Under the pieces are notes generated by a model. It worked only from the letters and a program-made list of their open reading frames with translations. It did no database searches and had not been told where the DNA came from. From Octopus vulgaris (lineage: Eukaryota), in contig OX597825.1 in the NCBI GenBank assembly GCA_951406725.2, forward strand, positions 6,262,001 to 6,326,000: DNA of 64,000 nt, given 5' to 3'. The translations under genes and the position numbers were made by a program. Of this stretch, positions 1 to 12,848 are shown one piece after another; within the stretch, counting starts at the first letter, position 1; every line of letters starts with the position of its first letter.

Positions 1-49
<49 letters not shown>

Positions 50-796
50 CATACACACACATACTTCTATGTTTTCTTCTATCGCTGTCCCCTATTATGT
101 AGCTTTCTACGCATTATTATTTTCTCTTTCATTGAAAATATTGTCGCTGCAACTTTATTTCTTTCACACATTTCTTTACTTATGACTTCTCTCACCGCGA
201 AAACAAGATTTCTATTCAAGCTCAGATAATTCTGCTTTTGTTTTCTTCATCTCTTTTTGTCTCTCATCCCACTTATCTTCTTTGTCTTTTTATAATTTTT
301 ATTCAAATGAAAACTTAGCTGTTACTACGTTCTTTCTCTTAGATATGTATGGATGCGACTCGATATTTCTGCAATACAATTTTTCGTGAAGCGGATTTTT
401 TAAAAATTCACCATGTTTACAGTCTACACTCAAAACGGATGAAGTTTAGGTGAAAAAAAAAAAAAAAAAAATTTAAGTTGAAGCAATTTTTTCGTGAAAT
501 CTCTTTTCGTGTCTGTCCCCATTTTCCCTTTATTTTTTTTACGAGTTATTAATGTTTGTCTTACATGACCGAAAACAATAGCTACATCACTGCTTCTCTT
601 ATTCATATCCATATACGACGGAATCACCTCCAGTGTGCCAACCTGTCTCACGTTTGGCTTTAAAGTTAGCTCACTGTACTTTAACCGTTCTCTCTTTCTC
701 TGTATGTACTTTATTTTGAAATAATAGCATGAAATTTAATATAAAAAAAATTGTAAATATACGAAACATGACAGTTTAAAAATGCGTTAATTAATG

Positions 797-889
797 CATC
801 TTACGATCGTTTCACGTAAGTATTTGTCATAATAATGGAATCCATTGTAGAAACACATTGATAGACAATACTTGCGCTCGTCAGAGATG
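797..889 (-). ncRNA. Type I hammerhead ribozyme with extended stem II (Penelope/retrozyme-type)
   Basis: Minus strand reads CATCT-CTGACGA-[GCGCAAGTATTGTC...GACAAATACTTACGT]-GAAA-CGATCG-TA-AGATG. This gives a 5-bp stem I, an intact CUGANGA/GAAA core, a ~13-bp stem II, a palindromic stem III (ACGATCGT) and a GUA cleavage triplet. Confidence 0.8.
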
Positions 890-1209
890 GAGAAGATAAA
901 GTTTTTATAATATATCGAATGTTGTTTTGAAATTAGAAAAATATATGAGAAAGTATTTTTGAAAAACAGATTAAAATTTACCGGTTTAGATTTATGCAGG
1001 TAGACTTTGGTAAGAAAATTTAAAGTTTGTATATATATGTCCTTGGTAAATTCATCTTGGTAATCCATGACAGTTTTGTATAAACAGTACCTTATCCTGC
1101 ATTCCGTATTAGAAATGTAGCAAGTTGACATTTTATACAAAGAGCACTCATTATAAATTCAGTGTATAATATTCTAACAGAATATATTTAATTAATGATA
1201 CATATGTAC

Positions 1210-1932
1210 TATGTATGTATGTATGTATGTATGTATGTATGTATGTATGTATGTATGTATGTATGTATGTATGTATGTATGAATGTATGTATGAATGTAT
1301 GTATGTATGTATGAATGCATGTATGTATGTATGTATGTATGTATGTATGAATGTATGTATGTATGTATGTATGTATGTATGAATGTATGTATGAATGTAT
1401 GTATGTATGTATGTATGTATGTATGTATGTATGAATGTATGTATGAATGTATGTATGTATGTATGAATGTATGTATGTATGTATGTATGTATGTATGTAT
1501 GTATGTATGTATGTATGTATGAATGTATGAATGTATGTATGTATGAATGTATATATGTATGTATGAATGTATGTATGAATGTATGAATGTATGTATGTAT
1601 GTATGTATGTATGTATGTATGTATGTATGTATGTATGAATGTATGTATGTATGAATGTATGTATGTATGGATGTATGTATGTATGTATGTATGTATGTAT
1701 GAATGTATGTATGAATGTATGTATGAATGTATGTATGAATGTATGTATGTATGTATGTATGTATGAATATATGAATGTATGTATGTATGAATGTATGTAT
1801 GTATGTATGTATGTATGTATGTATGTATGTATGTATGTATGTATGTATGAATGTATGTATGAATGTATGTATGAATGTATGTATGTATGTATGTATGTAT
1901 GTATGTATGTATGTATGTATGTATGTATGTAT
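1210..1932. repeat. (ATGT)n microsatellite with ATGA variants
   Basis: Seen directly. It continues at 2262-2545 on the other side of a SINE. Confidence 0.97.
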
Positions 1933-2262
1933 CAGTGGTTAGAGCGTCGAGCTTACGATCGTGAGGTTGTGAGCTCGAATCCCGGACCGGGCTGCGTGTT
2001 GTGTTCTTGAGCAAGACACTTTATTTCACGTTGCTCCAGTTCACTCAGCTGTAGAAATGAGTTGCGACGTCCCAGGTGCCAAGCTGTATCGACCTTTGTC
2101 TTTCCCTTGGATAACATTGGTGGCGTGGAGAGGGGAGGCCCTTATGCATGGGCGACTGCTGGTCTTCCATAAAACAACCTTGCCCAGACTTGTGCCTCAG
2201 AGGGTAACTCTCTAGGTGCAAACCCATGGTCACTCATGACCGAAGGGGGTCTTTACCCTTTA
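1933..2262 (+). mobile_element. tRNA-derived SINE family A (CORE-like central domain), slightly 5'-truncated, within (ATGT)n
   Basis: A-box-like AGTGGTTAGAGC, B-box-like GCTCGAATCCC, then TGTGTTCTTGAGCAAGACACT. The 3' half recurs at 23437-23617. Confidence 0.85.
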
Positions 2263-2545
2263 TGTATGTATGTATGTATGTATGTATGTATGTATGTATG
2301 TATGTGTATGTATGTATGTATGTATGTATGTATGTATGTATGTATGTATGTATGTATGTATGTATGTATGTATGTATGAATGTATGTATGAATGTATGTG
2401 TGTATGTATGTATGTATGTATGTATGTATGTATGTATGTATGTATGTATGTATGAATGTATGTATGTATGTATGTATGTATGTATGAATGTATGTATGTA
2501 TGTATGTATGTATGTATGTATGTATGTATGTATGTATGTATGTAT
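2262..2545. repeat. (ATGT)n microsatellite
   Basis: Seen directly. Confidence 0.97.
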
Positions 2546-3395
2546 GAAAATCGAGATCGAGCGAGCTTTTGCCCTTTTGCTCGACGTGTGGTTTCCGTCC
2601 ACGCTGAGCTCGACTTGGTGTCACCAAAAACAACCTTAAGTCATTGAACATCAGCAGTGTTCTTTGGTAACGTCTGCTACTGGAAAAGAGTCGATGGTTA
2701 ATAAAGAATAACAATATGCCGCTGTTTAAGAATCGTACTGCCCCAAAAGCAGAAAATGGGATCCCTATTTGGTAAATGTTCGTAGAAAGAATATCGCCTG
2801 CGCATTCCGTAGTTGCATTATATTTTCAAAAGCTGGACTTATCAGACATTCCAGGAGATTCAGATAAAATTCTTACATGCATTTAGCTTCCTTGGCTCTA
2901 ATGGACAACATATAAGCATATCACAGATTTCTCCCTCCTAGATTTCTATCCTTTCTATATATACACCGTTCTATATAATAATATCATTTGAAAATTCTCT
3001 TCAATTGAAGCTGGTTGGTTTGAAAGTATTAACATAAGGCTTAGATAGTGATATATTAAACATTACTCATATACATATTCTCGCACGTTATGGAATGCTT
3101 TGTAAAGCAATCAGCGGCAAGCTTCTGTCACTGCTTTCCGCGTTCATGCAAACATGAGAATTTTTTCGAGCATTTTTTTTCAATACATCATTAATAACAC
3201 AATTTCACTTGACTGACGACTGAAAACTATTCATTTCCTCTCATTATTTTCATTTGTCTCAGACTTCGGCATCTCAACGTTCGGAGCGTTCGCTGATCTT
3301 GACTTCGGAAAATCAATTCCACTACATACTTGGATTTTCCGGTTGACATTTTATTATGTTCTTCTACGACATGCGGAACGTCTAGCTCTGATCCA

Positions 3396-3396
<1 letters not shown>

Positions 3397-3432
<36 letters not shown>

Positions 3433-3559
3433 CACACACATACACACATGCATACACACATGCATACACACACACACATACATACACACGCAGACGCACA
3501 CATGCACACACACATACACACGTATACACACACACACATGCACACACACACACATACAC

Positions 3560-3608
<49 letters not shown>

Positions 3609-3770
3609 CACGAACATAAACGCGTGCGCGCATACACGCACATACATTAACGCAAACACAAGCACACACACACATACACACATGGACACAGGCGTGCACG
3701 CATGTGTACACACACACACACACTCTCTCTCTCACACACACATGCGCACGCATACGCATGCGCATATATG
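3397..3770. repeat. Imperfect (CA)n microsatellite
   Basis: Seen directly. Confidence 0.95.
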
Positions 3771-4309
3771 TACATTGTGTAAGTGTATGAGTTTGTGTTT
3801 GTGTGTGTGGAGAGGTGTACAGAAGGCAAGATCACTAGAAATGTCGAACGGAATATATTTCCAGATCAGCATTTAAAGAATGTGACGAACATTTCTCAGT
3901 GTTTTTCAGACACTGAATCACGTCCCTAGTTCTTCAGATGTCGCGAACAGGGCATTGGAACGTCTCTTGTAAGACTGGCTCCCATGTCTGTGTGTGGCGA
4001 GTCACAAGACAAACTGCTACGTCGTTCCCCGCGAAAATTTGGTAGATGTAAGCGAGGTAACTCTGCTTGAATTAACTTTCGTTTGAAGGGGAGGTAACTC
4101 CTAGATACACCCTGAAGTTATCGTCTCGGTTGAATTGTTGTCAGTCAACCACTGCAGAGAGATTGATTTGGAGCTGGGGACAGACTTAGGCTTTTATAGT
4201 ACACATGACTTCCATCGTTGAGCGAAAATACACATTAGCACTTCCTGTGCACATATATTCAATCAAGTAATTAAATACATACATACATAGTCACTCATTC
4301 ATACATACA

Positions 4310-4853
4310 TGGTGGCTGCCCCCTCGTTATCGAGTATGGCCACTGCACGAAGCTTAATCAATGTTGTTATCGTGCAATGCCTGTGCAAAAAGATTTTTTT
4401 TTTAAAGTGAGGAAAGGCTGTGTACTGAGTCAATCCCACTCACTAAGCAACAGCAGCCATAATCCGAAAAGAAGAACAAGCCAACATCATCGGTAACCAC
4501 TGAGCCGCAGGTTTTATGTCGGAGTTATCCCAGTTACTTGAGCTACCTTCTCCAAGAAGGATGCCCTAACAAAGGCTAGGAGTCCTTCACTCCCAATGGT
4601 TTAACCGTGCGATCGGGTATTCAGTCCGATTATTTCTATGTCCCCGCGCATGATACAGCCTTAAGACATTTATTTGGATGGCCGTTGACTCTCAAGAGAT
4701 CCTCCGCCCTTTGACGGGTTTTGCTTTTCCTCCCACAGGGTGTCCAATAAACACCCTCCTCACCAAGCAAGCTTGGTAGAGTTACCGGTTTAGTCGCCGA
4801 TGACCCGACCATGCAACAGGTTGTACTGGGTTACATGTACAGGTTGTACTGGG

Positions 4854-4858
<5 letters not shown>
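4310..4858 (-). mobile_element. Non-autonomous RTE-type retroposon (UTR-derived) with (ATGT)n tail
   Basis: The minus-strand 3' end GGCCATACTCGATAACGAGGGGGCAGCCACC(ATGT)n has the same form as the RTE 3' end at 32099. There is no ORF, both flanks are ACAT repeats, and a 21-bp tandem duplication lies at 4816-4859. Confidence 0.6.
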
Positions 4859-4884
<26 letters not shown>

Positions 4885-4915
4885 CATACATACATACATA
4901 CATACATACATACAA

Positions 4916-5060
4916 CCAGGGACGTGCCGCTTAGGTAGGCAAAGTAGGCAGTGCTTACCTTGAATAAAATCGATCGACAGCAACATTTTCCTTTTCTGGC
5001 AAAATATGCACTTAATTCAGTAAAATTATGAAGGTTACACTTATTGCCATGCATCCTTTT
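4916..5060. mobile_element. Possible hAT-type non-autonomous element end
   Basis: Begins CAGGGACGTGCCG...GTAGGCAAAGTAGGCAG, resembling hAT MITE termini. No matching other end was found. Confidence 0.25.
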
Positions 5061-5265
5061 CAATTGTTTTGAGTCAAGACTATTGAAAAGGTTGCAAGAC
5101 GCAACGAAAATTTTAGAAAAATAAAAAAATAAACAAGTGGAAATTTTACCGGTGAGTGTGTTAAATTATAAGGCACAAAAAGAAAATGTTTCTCCCCAGA
5201 CACAACAGAAGATGCTTCAACACGCGAACTCACATAAAGAATCTTGCAAAACAAATCCAAAGACG

Positions 5266-5325
<60 letters not shown>

Positions 5326-5390
5326 GTATGTATGCATGTATATGTATGTATGTGTGTATGCGTGTATCTGTGTGTGTATGTGAGCGTTTA

Positions 5391-5454
<64 letters not shown>

Positions 5455-5496
5455 AATCAATCTATCTATCTATCTATCTACCTATCTATCTATATA

Positions 5497-5640
5497 GACA
5501 GGTGGTGTAGACAACAAACAGATGTATTAGTATAACGCTCGGGAAGTGAAAAAGTCTTTAACGTTTCGAGCCTAGGCTCTTCACAGAAAGGAACACAGAA
5601 TGAAACAAGGAGAGAAAATAAAGAATGTGTAGTGGCTACA
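5497..5640 (-). mobile_element. Penelope-like terminal-repeat fragment with decayed hammerhead-like motif
   Basis: Minus 5591-5555 reads TTTCTGTGAAGAGCCTAGGCTCGAAACGTTAAAG, embedded in microsatellites. Related to 16954-17160 and 56004-56215. Confidence 0.6.
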
Positions 5641-5646
5641 CACACA

Positions 5647-5761
<115 letters not shown>

Positions 5762-5800
5762 GTGTGTGTGTATGTACATATATATATGCATGTATACACA

Positions 5801-6006
5801 CACGAGGGGTGCTGAAAGGATCTTTGCTTTGAGTAAAAGAAAATATAGGCAGATCAGTTAATTTTAATGATTTTATTTAACAAATTCCCCTCTCAGATCC
5901 ACAAACCTATTGCAGCGCTCCTACAGTTTTTCTAAGCTTTGTAAAAGAACATCCAACTAGGCCTTAAAACACCATTAAAGCCTGGAACTTTTCGATACTC
6001 ATCGTA
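5801..6006. mobile_element. Mariner-derived MITE (~205 bp)
   Basis: Imperfect ~30-bp TIRs CACGAGGGGTGCTGAAAGGATCTTTGCTTT and AAAGCCTGGAACTTTTCGATACTCATCGTA, ending in TA. Confidence 0.7.
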
Positions 6007-6238
6007 TATACCTGACATTTTAGAACGAAAAGCCATTAATCGCAAGTTTGCAATAAACTAGCGAAAAGTGTATCGCAAAAGGTGTAAGGCCAAAGCCTGA
6101 AGGGTGTGAAAGCTTCGGCACCTGGGTGACGATATTTAAGTTTATGGCGACGAAATCGAGGTAAACGGCAACATAGTCTAGAACTAAGATAACGAATCTG
6201 AGGTTGGCGATGAGGAATTTAGGGGGGAAACCCTGTAA

Positions 6239-6284
<46 letters not shown>

Positions 6285-6399
6285 ACACACACATACATAC
6301 ACACACCTACGCACGCATGCATGCATGCACGTATATATCTATATATATATGTATGTATATATATTTGCATGAATACATATATGTATATATGTATGTGTG

Positions 6400-6495
<96 letters not shown>

Positions 6496-6685
6496 CACAC
6501 ACACAAGATATGCATACGCACATATCTATATGTGCTAATTATTTATTCCGCGTTCACTTCCATTTTAATGAGCGGCGAAGATTTTGCCCTCGAAATTCCG
6601 TGTCATTAATTAAAATCAACATGCTGCGTCTTCTTCATATTTAATTAAATTTCAATTTTCATCAAATGCTCCCTTAATAAAGCAG

Positions 6686-6722
6686 GCAGAAATGTTTCGA
6701 CATGATTCTGCCTCATCAGTGC
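6686..6722 (-). ncRNA. Degenerate minimal hammerhead ribozyme
   Basis: Minus strand reads GCA-CTGATGA-GGCA-gaatca-TGTC-GAAA-CATT-TC-TGC. The core and stem II are intact; stem III is one substitution away from palindromic ACATGT. Confidence 0.5.
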
Positions 6723-6995
6723 AGCGTAATTAAGGCGACAATAATTGTATTGTTTCTAGAATGGAAAAGTGAAAAATTTGAAAATTTGTCGGTAAAAGGA
6801 AAAGAAGAGAAGATAAAAACAATGAAATAGTTTGAAATTCTTTTCGGTTCCAGTTATGTGGGAGGCAGGTTTCAATTGTCAAAGACAATCATAGATTTTG
6901 CGTTGAATAATTGCAATAAGTATGCGGTAGGCTTTTGTAATAGGCTCCATGTTCGTTTCACACACTCAAACATGTACTGACACGCAGACGAAATC

Positions 6996-7136
6996 TGTGT
7001 GTGTGTGTGTGTGTTCGTGAGAGTGTGTGTGGGTGTTTGAGTGTGTGAGTGTACGAGTGTATGTGCATGTGTTTGTGTGTGTGTGGCTGTGTGTGTGTTT
7101 GTGTGTGTGTCCGTGTTTGTGGTTGAGCGTGTGTGA

Positions 7137-7170
<34 letters not shown>

Positions 7171-7400
7171 GTGAACGTGAGAGTGTGTATGTGTTTGTGA
7201 GTGTGTGAGTGTGTGTGCATGTATGTTGGTGAGTGTGCGTATTTGTGTGTGTGTTTGTGCATGTATGTTGGTGAGTGTGTGTGTTTGTGTGTATGTGAGT
7301 GAGCGTGTGTGAGTGTGTGAGTGTGAGTGCGCTTGTGTATGTATATTGGTGTGTGTGTGTGTGTGTGTGCTTGTGTATGTATGATAGTAAGTGTGTGTGT
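6996..7400. repeat. Imperfect (GT)n microsatellite
   Basis: Seen directly. Confidence 0.93.
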
Positions 7401-7735
7401 TGGTGCTGCGTGGGTTGGAGACTGATGTTCCCGTTTCAAGACTAAGCTCTTGGGGTCACCAGATAACGTAAAATATTCCTTTACAAAGTCATTCACAAAT
7501 ATACGGTGGCGGGAGGGGAGAGATATTTTTCAACAGCGTTCCGAAGCTCGTTTCTGATTGGTTGTTCATTCTTTTTTAAATACGAAAGAAGAATCTTGCC
7601 AAAATGCTATTCTCACTCATTAAATGGCGTAGAGCGAATAGTTTCTGAATATTTAACTTCACATAGTTTCCTCTGGACATTTTGTTTTTATATTTCAGAC
7701 AGCGATGCCTGGATCAGATTGCTTCATCGGCGTAA

Positions 7736-7755
7736 TACATACATACATACATACA

Positions 7756-7789
<34 letters not shown>

Positions 7790-8500
7790 CATACATACAT
7801 ACATACATACATACATACATACATACATACATACATACATACATACATACATACATACATACATACATACATACATACATACATACATACATACATGCAT
7901 GCATACATACATACATACATACATGCATACATACATACATACATACATACATACATGCATGCATACATACATACATACATACATAAATACATACATACAT
8001 AAATACATACATACATACATACATGCATACATACATACATACATACATACATACATACATACATACATACATACATGCATACATACATACATACATACAT
8101 ACATACATACATACATACATACATACATGCATACATACACACATACATACATACATACATGCATGCATACATACATACATACATACATACATACATACAT
8201 ACATACATACATACATGCATGCATACATACATACATACATAGATACACACACGCATGCATACATACATACATACATACATACATACATACATACATAAAT
8301 ACATACATACATAAATACATACATACATACATACATACATACATACATACATACATACAAACACATACACATCCATCCATCCATCCATCTATCCATCCAT
8401 ACATACATACATACATACATATATACATGCATAAATACATAAATACATACAAACATAAATACATACATATATACATACATAAATACATACATATATACAC
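7736..8500. repeat. (ACAT)n microsatellite with GCAT/AAAT/CCAT variants
   Basis: Seen directly. Confidence 0.97.
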
Positions 8501-8746
8501 ATATGATATTATATCATACTATTTGCATATATATGAAGTAGTGTTACTTCATATTTATAATTCTAACTATACGGTACATTATTTTGCTGGATAAAATATT
8601 ATTGTATTTTAATAATATTAATATATGTAATATAATACAATATATATGTGTGTGTATATATATATATTTACATACATATACTCACGCGCACGAACACAGA
8701 CATACAAACAGACACACACATGTACCCGCATAAATTTGTGATAAAT

Positions 8747-8821
<75 letters not shown>

Positions 8822-9508
8822 AACACACATACACACACATATAGACATATATCAATTTTATAGCCATTAATGTTCTCTAGCCGAAATGAACGAGACTACA
8901 TATATTTTGCGATCGAAGAAGAACGGAAAAAGTAGCACCATTCCACCATTCCTTGTACACCGGAAAAATATTTTGGAAAGAAGCGTTAAAAATATCACGC
9001 GATGAGAGAAATGTTCACATTTACGCACTGTCGTGGAATAAAACGCGTATATAGATATACAAATGCATATACACCTACACACACACATATATATATATAC
9101 GTATGCTATGTTCTATGTAAAAATTATGGACTATTTTCCGATATTTTTCTTGCGTATTATCTGCATCTCTATGAGAGATCAAGGATATATATTTTACATA
9201 GTGAAATAACATTTCTTTTTATAAGAGAAACAATTCCAGTAGCTTTTGCATATCGAATTTATTTCCATCGTTCTTTTTTCTATGATAAAATTGATGCTGC
9301 CATAAAAATTAGCCGGCTAACATTGGCTGTGGGTCATGATTCTTAGTCTTGTCATTCGGCAGTTAGTAATAACGCCGTTGTTTCACAGACGGCAAAGAAT
9401 TTATGTTCTTCGGCTTCAAAATTATTTCCCCCTTAAAGTGAATGAAATAATATCAGTAAGTCAATTTGATAACTTATATATATATGTATATATATATATA
9501 TGTATATA

Positions 9509-9600
<92 letters not shown>

Positions 9601-9631
9601 CATACAAACATAAATGTATACATACATACAT

Positions 9632-10016
9632 ACTCTTTTTACTTTTTTTACTTGTTTCAGTCATTTGACTGCAGCCATGCTGGAGCACCACCTTTAGTCG
9701 AGCAAATCGATCCCAGGACTTGTTCTTTATAAGCCTGGTACTTATTCTGTCGGTCTCTTTTTGCCGAACCGCTAAGTTACGGGGACGTAAACACACCAGC
9801 ATCGGTTGTCAAGCAATTCTAGGGGGACAAACACCGACACACAAACATACGCACACATACATATATACGACAGGCTTCTTTCAGTTTCCGTCTACCAAAT
9901 CTACTCACAAGGCTTTGGTTGGCCCGAGGCTATAGTAGAAGACACTTTCCCAAGATGCCACGCAGTGGGACTGAACCCGGAACCATGTGGTTGGTAAGCA
10001 AGCTACTTACCACACA
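9632..10016 (-). mobile_element. tRNA-derived SINE family C (CR1-type tail)
   Basis: Reverse complement of 10067-10432. Head TGTGGTAAGTAGC...GGTTCAGTCCC, CORE-like TGGCATCTTGGGAAAGTGTCTT, tail ...GACTGAAACAAGTAAAA. Confidence 0.9.
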
Positions 10017-10066
10017 CACACACACACATATATATTGTTGTATTTATATATATATATATGTATATA

Positions 10067-10432
10067 TGTGGTAAGTAGCTTGCTTACCAATCACATGGTT
10101 CCAGGTTCAGTCCCACTGCGTGGCATCTTGGGAAAGTGTCTTCTACTATAGCTTTGGGCCAACCAAAGCCTTGTGAGTGGATTTGGTAGACGGAAACTGA
10201 AAGAAGCCTGTCGTATATATGTATGTGTGTGTATGTTTCTGTGTTTGTCCCTCTAGCATTGCTTGACAACCGATGCTGGTGTGTTTACGTCCCCCGTCAC
10301 TTAGCGGTTCGGCAATAGAGACCGATAGAATAAGTACTAGGCTTACAAAGAATACGTCCTGGGGTCGAATTGCTCGACTAAAGGCGGTGCTTCAGCATGG
10401 CCGAGTCAAATGACTAAAACAAGTAAAAGAGT
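10067..10432 (+). mobile_element. tRNA-derived SINE family C (CR1-type tail)
   Basis: Same family as 9632-10016, 32263-32662, 44457-44622 and 55582-55930. Confidence 0.9.
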
Positions 10433-11856
10433 GTGTGTATATATATATACACACATTCCGATGAGACAATCAAATCCAGGCGTCTCTGTCTGAAATAAAA
10501 ATAATGTAGATGAAACACGGTGAAATTAAATATTCAGAAAATGTCTGCTGTTCGTCTTTTAATCTTTTGTATGTCTCATACATGAGTAGGGAATGGGTGT
10601 ACGCCTCTTCTAAAATTCTGTTTTATAATATTTAGATTCAATGTTTTAACATGGCTGAATTATTTTCAATGAAAGGAGTAGTAGTGGGAAGAGGAGAAGA
10701 TGTATTGGTAATCCGCACCCTGCTTTGTCGTTCAGCTGCCATTGCTGTTGGAAAGAGATTCAACGTGACTGTCGCTGAAACCAAGCCAAATGAGAGATTC
10801 CTCTCTGTCCCCGAAGACTAAACATGAACAACAACGACAAAACCAATAAACGTCGTTAACAACGAAATGAACGAAACTAACTTGGTCATCCTCAGTTACA
10901 ACGACTGCGATAGAAGTAACAAAAAAAGAAAATCTAGAACGACAGCAAATAAAATAGCAACAACAACAACAACAACAACGGTAGTATCCACAACAGCAAC
11001 ATCGACTCATCAATTACCACAAACTCAAAGTCAATCCAGTCGTTTGGTAGAGAAGTGCAAACGTAGACTGGCGTCGGAGGAGTAATAGACGTCACCAAAT
11101 TCAATCTGAGACAACAGCATTGCTTAGCCAGGCAAGATCTAATCATGATTCCCAAAGAAGAAGAAGAAGAAGAAGAAGAAGAAGAAGAAGAAGAAGAAGA
11201 GATGGAGGGAGATAGAGGGAGGGAGAGAGAGAGAGAGAGATAGAGAAGTATAGGCAAAAACATCACTTATAAATATATTAACAGATGAATTAATAATCCA
11301 ACATCAGCACAAACTGAGAAATGCTTGAAAGTTGTGTGGAACCGGTGTGACGTTTGAGAAGAGGAAAACGCTCAGCCTCAACGAAGAAAAAGAATACAAA
11401 ATGCACAAATGCTTGCTTCAACGAGGAATATGAACCCCTACCTCATATTTAGAGAACCTACGTGTCAATTGAAGTACATATAATGCTACTACTTGATAGC
11501 ACAGGGTAAGATCTGAAGGTGGACGAGCTTTATACTGTATTCTACTACGTTCCTTACAGAATATACCATAACTGTATATATAAATATATATAGATATATA
11601 TATATATGGGTGTGTGTGATTGTGTATAGAAGAATATATTAATAAAAAGAATTCCAACCTTGTCTGATTTTCACGTTTTATTTACAATCTTATAATGATA
11701 TATTATAAGATAATATATTATAATTGAATAAAATAAAATGAAATAGTAGAATGTTAAATGTTCATTCTGATTGAACTAGTACTTTCATGCATTGAATTCT
11801 GCAATCTTCGGGTTCATGTAGTAGTGTTGACAGTCATGCTTCACAATTTTTGACAC

Positions 11857-11923
<67 letters not shown>

Positions 11924-12848
11924 AAATATAGAAGTTTTCCTCTGCGGATTCTTTTTGTTTTATTTTAAATGTATAAATAGGAGACCAAAGGATTCAAAAT
12001 GAATCTGAAAATCAATTAGCTCATGTACATCAAATTCTGATGACAATTTTAATTTTCCTAAGCAAAATGTTTTTAAAATACTTGCAAAAGTAGAATTGTC
12101 GATTCATTCGAGCCATATCACAGACATAGAGTTCTTATTTGGTTTTAAACTTGTTAATGTTGATTCTACGTTAAAATATATAGAGTAAGGCAGTTTACAA
12201 TTCTCATATCGGAATAAATAAGCGAAACATGTATGTATAGCAAGTAAAGTGAAACATCTCTATGGCTTACTAAACATATCAACTTAAGTAGAGAAAAGAA
12301 TGAGGTTTGTAACAACGATCACTTAAAAACCGTTTGTGTTTTACAGGAAAAGAAATGGATACATCTGATAGCAGTTCTATGACATCTCACATTAAGACTA
12401 TTTCTCCTTTATACAGGAAAGTTGCTGGCTGTTACAATTGCAGTTTCAACACGTCAAATACTGAGAGCAGAGACGATTCTACATTGCTGTAGCAAATTGT
12501 GTACACCCAGTTTTCTTAGTTGCTATATTTTTTCAGCAAGTTTTTCAGCAAGTTAGAAAATGATCGCAATTTGACATTTAAACTTGGAATAAATGTTAAC
12601 GAGAAATTAATGACGGGTCAACAGATAGAAGGCGGAGTTACCAAATGTGTTATAGAAGAGAATGTCGCGAAGTTGTTGAAAGAAGAAACAGAAAGCGATA
12701 AGCAAACATTCTCAAACTAACGTATTTATTCTCGTTACTCGACAATCAGAAAACTGTTTAAATAAGTTAGAGAAACAGTTTTGGTAATTATGCAACTGTA
12801 TCTTTGTTGTCTCTTTTAGTGCATATGTACAAGAGAAATATAAGAATA

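Noticed and set aside
3800-4200. Possible CR1-like relic (minus-strand SLNADLE)
   Set aside because: A single weak motif is not enough to call it.
12347-12492. Acceptor followed by a ~47-codon frame (KEMDTSDSSS...STLL*)
   Set aside because: No recognisable homology or linked exon, so it is compatible with chance.
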